NCBI GenBank assembly: GCA_904063045.1
Contig: CAJFCJ010000014.1
Location: forward strand, 310,001 to 374,000
Direction: 5' to 3'
DNA length: 64,000 bases
DNA from: Dimorphilus gyrociliatus
Taxonomy: Eukaryota > Animalia > Annelida
Shown here: positions 46,987-58,064 of the stretch, in pieces
Numbering within the stretch: the stretch's first letter is position 1
Layout: each line of letters starts with the position of its first letter
Notes under the pieces: model-generated
Databases searched by the model: none
The model's input: only the letters and a program-made list of their open reading frames with translations
Told to the model about the DNA's origin: nothing
Program-made: the position numbers and the translations under genes

Positions 46987-48209
46987 TCAGCATCTTGGAT
47001 ATGCTGTTCCAATTGTTGGAGGTTCAATCGATTTAAAGCGGAAGTGCGTAATACGAAGATCAAAATCGTCCAAACGAACTGAACAAACTCTGCCAAGATT
47101 AGAAGATTAAATACAATTATAAAGAAAAGAAATTAATTATCATACTGATTTGGTCTTCCCAAAAAGCAAAGTGTATAAAGAGCCATTTCAATTTCTGGAG
47201 TAGTACCAACCCAAAATCCAGTAATCGGTTTTAAAAATCCATCCCATTCGAAGCTGATTTTAGAGACTTTCGACTAGATGGACAGTTTAGGGGAAATTTT
47301 AATAAAATTAAGCAAAACAACATGATTGACAAATTACTTCGCAAGTTGCCAAGTATCTTTTCAATGTCATTGTTGATTTTTGTTGTTCTCTATAATATTG
47401 TACCCAATTATGGAAACCAGTTACTTCTGAATTTCTTGTTTCGCCTGGAAAGTGATGAAAAAAATTGAATTATTTGTTTGAATGTTATTCGCTTCCTTAC
47501 CCAAGAAAACATGTTCAAATCCTGAACTATCCAATGGCCCATTGCTACGACTATACGGTTTAAACCATGTATCATATAGTTGTTGTTTAAATTCGGCTTT
47601 ATCAGAACTGGATATATCTTTTATAGTAAAAAACGTCTTAAAATTTACAGTCGAGTTGAAAAGCTAAAGGGATAAACCTTTGTCAATGAAAAAATTCCAT
47701 AATCTTTGCATAACTGGAGTTTCTATAATCATATCTAGAAATTCACTTTCGTCTTGTCTACAAGCGCTACAAGGTGGTTCGGGAACCCCAATGTCTGGAT
47801 TATAATTGTCTCTCATTTTATCAAATTTAGCAAAAGTTTTCCTTTTTAAAACATCTTCATTGACGTATTGAAAGAGCCTATAAAACAATAGATATAGTAT
47901 ACTGTATATATATATATGTATATATTATTAATTACTCTGTTCCGCTAGTATTGATAATGACATCATCTGGCCCTGCTCTATCAGTATCAAGTGTCCATAA
48001 TTCAGAAGAAACGACGTTCACTTCACCTTGACTAACACTCTTTGAAGGAATTTTTGCACCAAAACCTAAGAGATATAACATACAAAATGATAAAAAAAAA
48101 CCAAGAAGAAACTAATTGGCAAAGATGGAGAGTCATCCCGTTAAAGTATTATATAATACTTACAAAATGGTACAAGACTGAAGAGGAGAAAAGTGATTAT
48201 TTTCATCAT
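46987..48209 (-). CDS. ENDOU: Poly(U)-specific endoribonuclease EndoU/XendoU, signal peptide, ~276 aa
   Basis: Seven exons: 48209-48164, 48065-47936, 47877-47678, 47617-47501, 47444-47338, 47273-47146, 47089-46987. DSSGFEHVFLGE, TGFHNW, WDGFLKP, GTTPEIEMALYTLCF and IGTAYP, with the catalytic His/His/Lys present. Confidence 0.92.
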
Positions 48210-50299
48210 TTGAGAAAACTTTATTAGTTGCATCTAATTAGAAAATCTGTTCGTTAATGAATTACAAATTAGTTAAAGCCTTTATATACTACGACTCAGA
48301 ATTCACTAACTAATCACACATGCTAAGTAGAATTTTATGCTTTTTCTCATCGAAAATCGAGATAACGATTAAACATACGTAATTTTTTATCATCTTGAAT
48401 ATTACAAGAGAGTTCTTTTTTTTTATTAGTTTCAAGATAGCTTGTATCTTCTGACTTCCTATTCATATTCTCTTGAATATGGTTTTTTTTAATAGAGAGA
48501 TAAACGTTCATTTGAATTGGAATTTATCTAAATAATTAACCAGTTTGTTAATAATAGTATTATTAATGTTAAAGTATGCTGTCTTATCTGAACCTAATTA
48601 ATTATATCATAAAAACTTGGTTAACTACTCAACTATTCCGATTCAATTTTTAATAAGGGTGTTAGTGGTTTTAAATTTAAAAAGGGGCTCTAGTGAAATA
48701 ACCTTTCTTCATTCGTTAACCTTGCCGTTTAGATAACTCCTATCTCTTGAAGAGAATTTCCAATCAATTAGTCTATTTTTATCCGTTGGTAGAGAGAGTA
48801 ATTTGGATGTGTAAAGGTTATAGGTTAGAGATTGTGTATAAAATATAAATTGGTAAATATATTTAATAATTTAATACTGTTATTTGTGTTTCCGGACCGC
48901 AAAGCGATAGGAAAAGATGTTTATCTTAAATACGGAACTATATAGAAAAAATTTTATCTTCTTCCCATCGAGAAACGCTCTAGAATATAGAGAGAACTTT
49001 CCAGATGCATACACTATACTTCCCAGAAAAGAACCACTTATCAAAGTAAATTTTCAACTCTAATCATTAAATGCCTATACAGAGAGTACTTGTATGAAAT
49101 AATTATCGTAGATACATGAATCAGTTATTTTGCATTAAAGCTCTAACGGAAGAGGACAATATGTGAGATGATATATTAACGTACAAGTCTCTTTTCGCAA
49201 TTAAACTAAATGTACTCACTGATAAGATGAGCCTCTCGTGTATTAATGCATAAAACATGTTGAACAACAACATCTTAAAAAGAAATTCATTGCTATAAGA
49301 GAAAACAAGAAATATTTGAAAACGGAATGGTTAGATAAATGAATAAATGAATCAAAAAATAGATATTAGGATCATCAAATGATTTTTGAATCATTCATTT
49401 TCTCTCATCCAATAACGTTTCTATTTGAAACTAAAAATAACAGATAACACAAGTTCAACTATTAGAGTATTCTTTCCTTTGAATTTGATCTAAAATGCAA
49501 TATTATAAACAATACTAGATTAAAAATAAGATAAAGAAATATGAAAAAGATATGCAAGATTTCAAGAAATGTTCATACAGAAACGAAGATAGAACAAGAC
49601 TATTACCATAGCCTTAAAAAAGAAATTGTTGACATTAACCTTTCCCGAAGACATTCAATTCTGAGAAATATTCTTCATAAAACCTCCAGAGCACAACATC
49701 CTGTCTGCGGCCAAATCTTCGGGAAACAGTCCTATTCAATTTTAGAGATATAATTGTCTTTTTACAAAAAATTATCTTCTATTTGATCGTATTTCAGTAT
49801 ACAATCTCTAGAAAAATTACTCGAAATAGTCAACAACCAGTATATAATGAAATGGTCCCGATAACAAAGTATCTTTAGACAAAGGCAAGGAAAATCGTCA
49901 ACTTCTCATCTAGTACTTAAAAGTATAGCATTTAATATAAGAATGTTAGAGATGATTAAAATGAAAAGCATCCTATATTTACATTAAAAACAATTACAAT
50001 AATGCGTTAAGATGTAACCTAGATAGAGAAGGAGACAAATCGTGTACAGCTACATATAATCTCCTTTAGTAAACTATAACCACACATTCACAGAAGTCTT
50101 ATCTTTATCATTACTTCGATTTATACGTATTTATCCATTCTCAATTGATCTCTTCCTCTGTTCATAAATTGCAGTCGTCAACAATGAATTGTACCGCAAT
50201 ACCAACATCATTTTCAGGCCAATAAGTATAAACAGAGAGATTAGTAGGGAGCGAGCAAACTCCACAGAAGTTTCCCTGACACTGGGATCAGAGGAGATA

Positions 50300-50830
50300 T
50301 AAGAAATACAGCACCAACGCGACTCTGAGCCACGGGATCCAAAACAACCACGTAATGCCTTTGAGAGTTGGCTGTCAGCTACTCGAGCCATTTTTAAGTG
50401 CGACATCACCCACTTCAAAATCCTGGTAAATCATTTCAATGTTGACGATTGGGACAAATTATATCTTTTAACAGCTCAAGTAAGCCAAGAGCTGGATGAT
50501 TATAAAGATAAACCAGTAGATGGGTAAAAAATGCAATAAAATACTTGCATCGGAAGTATAGACAGGTGGAACATAACTCGGCGAATGCACTATTAAGACT
50601 GCAAAAGACCGGATTAATTAAAAAAGGTGATTATGAGAATTATGAGAAGTTGACTATGGAGTATAATTCGAACCGAGTTCAATGGGAACCACACAGGTGG
50701 GCAACCAAGTTCACTTAATCATCAAATTCAAAGAATGCAACACAAGACCAAGATAGAGAGATAGGCGATGGGACCACCTGCTTTAATTGTGGAAAGAATC
50801 ACACTCTTAGGTAGTGCACCCATTTCAGAC
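50300..50830 (+). mobile_element. Degenerate retroelement gag-like relic
   Basis: Broken frame DPKQPRNAFESWLSATRAIFK..FKILVNHF and a stop-interrupted zinc knuckle TCFNCGKNHTLR*C at 50776-50816. No pol or LTR seen. Confidence 0.4.
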
Positions 50831-50899
50831 AGTTAGGTTGGCAAGAAAAAGTAAGTTTGGCAAGGAAGGTGGGACTATATGAGAACTGTCTCCTTACTT

Positions 50900-51400
50900 G
50901 CAACCATCAAGCTGATAGATGTCTTTCTCTTCACATTTTCCTGCCTTTATTGACAAATAGAAAAATGTGTATGACAAGAAGATAAAAACTTTCTTGTATT
51001 GTATTTCTTGATTCAGTTGAGTAATTCTAAAATTTTCACATCTTTTATTAGTCGTTAGAATTGTTCAATGGGAAAACTTACACGATAAATAAAAACGGGT
51101 ATTGTGATAACGATAAACGTAGTAACAAAAGGGATAGCAATACTCAAACGATTTTGTGTCTTAGTAGGGCGATTTATTGGGTTCGAAAAAGCGTAACACC
51201 TTTCAAGTGTTTTAGGAGTGTAGTGAAAATATTTCTAATAGAATAAAGGAAAATACTGATACACAAATTATTGTTTCATAGACAAATGACTGATTCTCTA
51301 CTCTCGGAGAAATAGGGTATTGGACATTTTCTATTGTCTGACCAGAGATAACCTTCAAAAAAGCTGTCAAAATGTAGGCATAATTTCGGAAAGAAGGCAT
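50900..51400 (-). pseudogene. Collapsed relic (copy C) of the adjacent LDLa-LRR GPCR gene
   Basis: Signal-peptide start (MPSF..YPISPRVENQSFVY, like copy [19 protein letters not shown]) is fused directly to DNA matching copy A TM3-TM4 (aacacttgaaag..tcgaacccaataaatc..ctaagacacaaa), the following intron (aaagatgtgaaaattttagaattact) and the tail mini-exon (caggaaaatgtgaagagaaa). Confidence 0.75.
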
Positions 51401-51666
51401 TTGATGGAATACTTTAATTTAAGAATTGACTACTACAGCAATTTCCTAAATGAATATAACTAAACATTTCCTATATTTACATTGAAGGTAATTTCAGAAA
51501 AGTGTTGCCATGTAATTTGATAGAAAGCACGTAAAAGTGATTTTATGTTATACTTAGCAGTTTCACTATAAATTGAATAAAGGCAATGTTACTTTGAATC
51601 ATTTGCATATTGCTCTTATGTTCAATTCATGAATTAAAACACTCAGTGATTTCTATACAAATTCAA

Positions 51667-54600
51667 ATGGCTTCTCTTCCTCTTTCGGTATTTATATTCA
51701 CTGCGTTTCTTCCTCTTTTCTCTAGCGAAAAGATCACGTACTTCATTTCTCCTATACAACAAAATCCGTCATATGTCTATGGAGCATTAAATGCAATATC
51801 ACTAGACAACAGAACTACATATTCAATGCTGTTTGGTCAACTATCAATAGAACAGAATAATGCCATATGTTCTTCAATGGGATATGATAACCTGCTTAGC
51901 ACAGCCAATATTTGTATGAAAGGTTTGTTTCTCTTACAATAGTCACTTCGTTGTGAAAGCAAATACAACGTCTCCGTCCATTTGTATATCGTACAGAATT
52001 TAAGCGCAATTCTAGCATTATTAAGGCAATCATTAAGGATCGAATAGCAAAAAGGTATATACTACACAGCGAAGCATTCAAACTCTTAAATCGTAAAAAC
52101 GTCAATCCATCAGAACCATTCAAATAGCAAACTGCCAATCTTGTACCAATTACTACTGTTTGAAGTGTTTCCTCAAGAAATCTCCAAGTAAATCGTTCAA
52201 ACCCTCCTGTCTATTCAATTTACATATCTTTTTCATCTCTCTCTCAACACAGTGCTGATAGCAGCAAACACACTCCGTTCCGTATCTTTTAGTATACTCT
52301 TGAGAATCAATCAACAATTCTACAAACTGTCTGCAAAGGAGGCCAAACATGGAGAAGTATGCAGAAGAGTTCAGTCCAAAATCAACATTGAAAACATTGA
52401 AAAAAAGGCATTTGTCGAAATTGTTGATAATGAATTAACTGTTTTAGAAAATATCTCTACACCTTCTCTATTCAGTGACGTTCACTGCTCGGAAAATGAT
52501 ATTCAAGGTATTGCATTCAATTATGATGCTCAGCAGATGATCTTAATCGCAGTTGTTTAAAAAGATGTCTCCATCAGAGAGACTCCTTCATTCTATTACA
52601 AATACTTTTACCACACTCCAAAAACAAGCAGCAGCAGCGTAATAGTTCTTCACTACATAGATTCTCGAAGATTTGGCGTAATTCCCTTGGCCTATTCAAT
52701 AAACGAAGATATTCAGATGGCAATGAGTGCGAATTGTCAACGTTTAGGTTTGACTCTTAAACCAGTTAAACCTGATATATACTTTCACGGGATCAGTGTG
52801 AAAATGAAAGCGAAATACGTTTGTTTTTTGACTGATGAATTGACGAATTGACAAACTGATTGATTAATATTCTCTTTATTTAGACAAACGACATATTTAA
52901 ATATCAGAATTCTGCAGTAAACGATACTCATTGGCCCATATTGAAGAATTGCAAATGGGACGATTCATACTTGAATGGATGCTCATTAGAAATATCTACC
53001 GATCTCTTTTTCACCTTTCAAATATATTGTGAAAATGACATAATGGAACATAAAGGTAAATTGCTTGTTTTCCTTATCATTTCTCTAACTCGCCATATTC
53101 ATTTGTTCAATAAAGATATGGATCTCAGACTTTATAGTTTTTCAAAAGGCAGTTTATTTGCGGAAACTGGTAAAGTAAATGAAAAAAGTGAATTTGAAGG
53201 AAGTCTTCAGATATATTATAAGAAATCCTGGTATCACATTAATCCATTCTACTTGTATTGGAAAGAGGTGGATACGATATGTAAACATTTTGGATTTGAG
53301 TCTGGAACAAATCATTACGACTTTGAAACTGTACATTTGTTTGGGATGTCATTATTTGCTTTAAATTGTAGTGGAGCTAGCAGCCTTTCTTCATGTAAAT
53401 TCCACTCCAACTGGATAAAATTAGTTTGTATAGTTGAATAATTTGAAATCATAGAATAGAAATTATTGTCCAAATGTATAACTTAGCATAGCCAAAGAAC
53501 CGAAACGATTGCTAAACAATGGACTAAAGCAATGTATAGTAATTTTTAACTCGTTTAATAATCGCTAAAGAGTTTGTATGATTTTCGGATTATAGAAATT
53601 TATTGACGTCTATAAATTATGTGCCCTACTTTCCTTGGATTAAGTGTAACAATCAATTTAAAAGAGGTTTACTTAAAGCTGTATGTAAGTTTTTGGCATT
53701 ATTAATATTATGTTCTGCAGAATGTAGCTTTCATAATGGGATTAGATATAGGGGATCCTGCTACTATCTTTTCAGTAGTGAAAAGAGAATATCAATAAGA
53801 GAAGCTGAAGATAAGTGTAAGGAGAAAAATTTTTTTTTATCTGAAACTTTTTTCGGAGTTAAAAGTCAAATACTTTTTCGGCATATGGGATCGGCACGTC
53901 TTTTGTCAAAACTTTCACCAAAAACGTTGAATTACCTTTCCGGTGCTTATATTTAATTTATTTACTGTATATGACATATATATATATATTGTAGATAATC
54001 CCTTTTCAATTTAGATACGGAGTCGTTAGGTCAAATTTTCCGTTTTCCATCAGGTAAAACCTAAACAAAATATCATTACATTATTGTCTTTTTGAATTAT
54101 TTTTAGCTCTTAGTTATAAGAAAAATATAAGAGGAAGGGAGGTCAAAGTGTTTTCTAATGGATTCGATATTCGTCTTGATAGCAGATATTTTTCCCTAAG
54201 GACACAGTAGGAAAGAATATAAAGATACATAATTTATTAATTGTTGTTATTTTCGTATTTAGTGATTTTTTCAAAGATTCCAGTACAGTAATTGAAACAG
54301 AAAAATGGAACAAAAATTCTGAATGTTACTACGTACAAATCTTTAAAAGAACGTTTGAAAAATATAAAATAAAGATGGCAGACTGCGATGCAAAGATGTT
54401 TCTGTTGTATTTTTGTCAAGAACTTATTGGTATTTATCTTTCCAATAATTCAATTCAATTGTCTAAACAATCAACTCTTTTAAGGTATTATATTCAAAGA
54501 TAACCTTTCAATTTACCTAGCCGTGAAGAATGATTTTACATGTCCTAAAAATTCAATAATGTGTACCAAAAGCCGTATGTGCATACACATTTCAAACTTA

Positions 54601-57600
54601 TGCGATGGCTTTATACATTGTCCACATGGAGATGATGAAGAAAATTGCGAACTGCCAATTCTTTATTTCAAATGCAATGCAACTCATCAAATATCTTATA
54701 AACGCATTTGCAACAATATCAATGATTGCGATAATCGTATTGATGAAATTAATTGCGGTATTACCTTTGATTTTTCCAGATGATTTTTCAATCTTTTAAC
54801 CTATTCTACCAATTTACAGAGTTTGACACTTGTGCAAAGAATGAATTCAGGTATGATGATATAATTCTATTGAAAATACTAGTGTGCAGACTGACCATTG
54901 CAATACATTAAGGTGCGCAAGTGGTAATTGCATTACAAACGATTATCAGTGCGATAATTTTAGAGATTGTTCAGATGGTTCAGATGAGAATTGTGTTGTC
55001 TCTCCTGGAGGTATTTGTGTAATTATTAATAACATCACATACGTTTTTCAGAAAACAATTGACTAACTAATTTGGTTTTGTTATATATTTGAAGAATGTT
55101 TAGCTCCTAAAGAACAATTTCAATGTGATGATAAGTGTATATTTTTACATAATATGTGTGACAGCGTAGAGCACTGCAATGACGGCACTGATGAAAATCA
55201 ATTGCTCTGTCTTAAGAAAAGAGGATTAGGATTTGTACAGTTACAAAGTAAATTATGTCATAAATAGATCATTTTTAATAAAGTTTTCTTGCTTCGTATT
55301 TAGTTGATGCATATACTTGTCATGTAACTTATGATAAATATAATCAGCTCTATACAAAAGTCCAGTTTCCATATTACAAACTTAAGAATTGTCAAGAACA
55401 ACAATGTGCCAAGGGACAATATCAATGCGAAGAGAATCGTTATTGTATTGACATATCAGAGGTTTGCGACAATATAAGTCATTGTTATTATCATGATGAC
55501 GAAATTGGTTGTGGTAAGTTTCATAGTTTACAAAATTATAAAATGCATTTGCATTCAATCAACAACTTTATATAGAAAATTTTTATCCTGCCGGCTTTTT
55601 TATATGTCCGAATAAAAAACTCCTGCCTATCGAATATTTATGTGATGATAATCTCGATTGTTCAGATGACAGTGACGAGCGTCTTTGTGAAGACAAACCA
55701 ATTTGCCCACAACACTGCGAGTGTAATCCCTTTTACGTTGTTGTTTGTTATCATTCTCTATTGGTAGATAATTCAAAAGATGTATTTATTGAAAACATCA
55801 ATAGTCAAAAGTTTAAACGTTTACACTTTAGTAATGTAAACATTTACTATCTCAATCAAACGAGAAATATTCATGTCAATGCTATGGATTTCTTTAACAC
55901 CATATGGAAACAATATTTTGATATTTCTTATTTATTTCCCAATATCGCGTTGCTTGTCCTTGAAAAGAGCCGAATAAGCGATTTAGGACAAATCTTCAGA
56001 CGGCATATGAAAATGTTACAACATCTAAATCTTCGAGATAATCCAATTCAAAATGTTGAAAAATTTTCATTCGAAATTTTCCCTCAACTTCGATTTGTCG
56101 ATTTAAGCGAAACGAAAATTGTATCAATTCATCAAAATCTTTTCAAGGGTTTAAAACATTTGGAGATTATCTATATGATGAAATTAAAAATTCGCTGGAT
56201 AAGTCCAAAGGCGTCTGTGGACTTAATTGGACTTCAACAACTCCATTGGAATGATTCAATTATTAAAGAAAATCAAATAATTCATGTTATGAAGAATCTA
56301 AAGAATGTTGAATATGTGTACAGCAATTACTACGTTACTTGTTGTTTTGTATGGAAATACTCGAATTCTTTTCGTAAATGTTTGCCTGACAAGTCAACAA
56401 TTAGTTCATGTTCTAACCTTATAGCCTCTATTAACCTTCGCGTAGCAATATGGGTCATTGGAGTCCTTTGTATAACTCTTAATATGCTCTCTCTTCTATT
56501 TAGACTGATCATCAACAAAAAGAAGATAAACGCATACTTTATTTGTCTTTGCCTTTCGGATGTTTGCTCTGGTATTTATTTGGTAAGTATTGGAATTGTT
56601 GATCGATATTACAGTGGAAATTTTATGGAATATAACTACAATTGGATTTATGGAAATGTATGCAAATTAATTGGATCAGTATTCAGTGGTTCCCTAATTT
56701 TATCTAGTACTTTATTGCTCTCTATAACACTTGAAAGATATCACGCTATTTCGAACCCAATAAATCACCTTACTAAGACACAAATTCGTCTGAGTATTGG
56801 TATTCCTTTTCTTCTTACTTTTATATTGATGACAATACCCATTTCTATCTATCAAGTAAGTTTTACCGCTGAACAAGTATTTGGAAACGACTATTGAAAG
56901 ATGTGAAAATTTTAGAATTACTTTTCAAGATCGGCAATTTGCTTTTCGTTACACATTAGCAGTGAAAAAGTGGAGGGATGGTTCTTTTCCTTCCTCATTT
57001 TTGGAATATTCACTTTAGCTGTTTGTTCAATCATATTAATCTTATATTTCAGACTAACAATTATTGTTAGAAACGTCAGAAAAGATTTTCAGACAGGAAG
57101 AGACAAAATACAAGAGAAATTAAGGATGAATGCAATCTTAATTGCTCTATCAAATTGTTTAAGCTGGTTCCCCTTATCATTCCTAAGTGAATATACAGCA
57201 ATACTGTAAAATCTAAACAATCTATCGTCTTTCTAAAGGTATATATTCTACTTTCAAACATGTGGAGATAGACAGCGAAACGTATAATTGGCTGATTGTT
57301 GCATTTATTCCTCTCAATCCTACATTGAATCCAATTATCTATACGATTGGCGAATTTCAAACATTTCAAAAATCGAAACGAAAGAAAAAACTAAACTTGA
57401 AGTAAGCGTTTATCTCATTTTCATCAACATCATTCTATTTGTGAATAAAGACAGGAAAATGTGAAGAGAAACGTGAATACTGCAGTTGGGAAAAGTAGGT
57501 CTCTTACTCACAACGAAGTGAAATATCCAAATTGAAATCCTTTGTAGCCTTGCAGTTCCTTTCGAATTGTCATGAATTGAATTTAAATATTGAACCGTTT

Positions 57601-57958
57601 GAAGTAGAAGATGAATGCAGGAATAAAATGAATTTGTTGAAGAAAGGATTGAATGGCGTGAAATATTTGAAGGCGATAGCAACAGCAATAAAGAATTTAC
57701 ATGAAAATAATTTCAGTTGTAATGGAAAGATTCGAGAAGAAGACTTTTATTATTTTGTGAGTTATATATCATTTATCTATTAATTTCATTTGTTTTGAAT
57801 TATTTGCATGACATTCTTTTCAGGACTCTCACTACTCGTTAGACTGTTCAAAAAACATTGAAATTTTGCAAGATGCCTCTAGAAGTCAAGATATTTATGC
57901 TCTTAGTGTGTTTTTTAACAGGTTTCTGCACCTGAACTATTCAGAGTTAAAAGTCTAA
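51667..57958 (+). CDS. Copy A: GRL101/RXFP-class receptor; SP, ~4 diverged SRCR-like repeats, C-type lectin, 6 LDLa, LRRs, 7TM, kinase-like tail
   Basis: In-phase exons 51667-51922, 51997-52054, 52114-52187, 52253-52507, 52565-52818, 52884-53055, 53116-~53430. CTL at ~53720-53940 (GSCYYLF..EAEDKC); LDLa repeats 54540-55690; LRR-TM4 exon 55576-56855 (LCLSD, LERY); then 56916-57186, 57239-57401 (NPIIY), 57451-57494, 57548-57756, 57824-57958. Exon borders at ~53430-54530 are not fully resolved. Confidence 0.8.
51992..53266 (+). repeat. Left arm of a >=1275-bp near-identical inverted repeat (pairs with 62726-64000)
   Basis: Reverse complement of 62726-64000 matches with equal length and only a few substitutions seen by eye (e.g. 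ctgcagtaaac vs ctgcaataaac). Confidence 0.95.
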
Positions 57959-58064
57959 TCTCTCACTTCAATAAATCATAATACAAAAGCACAAATATGC
58001 TGAATATCGCTTTGTATTGAATAGTTGAGTTTCATTTAGAGATCAATTGTATTTAGGTTTCTGT

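Noticed and set aside
49541-49753. 70-aa ORF in the degenerate region upstream of the receptor cluster
   Set aside because: No motif, splice context or similarity I could recognise.
52114-52187. [12 protein letters not shown] looked like a B-box from a TRIM fragment inserted in an intron
   Set aside because: The segment is an in-phase exon of receptor copy A, flanked by 59- and 65-nt GT-AG introns, and fits the Cys-rich end of an SRCR-like repeat.
52558-52560. Apparent premature TAA making both receptors pseudogenes
   Set aside because: It lies inside a plausible 57-nt intron (52508-52564, gtattg..aaaag) whose removal keeps the frame. This still needs transcript confirmation.
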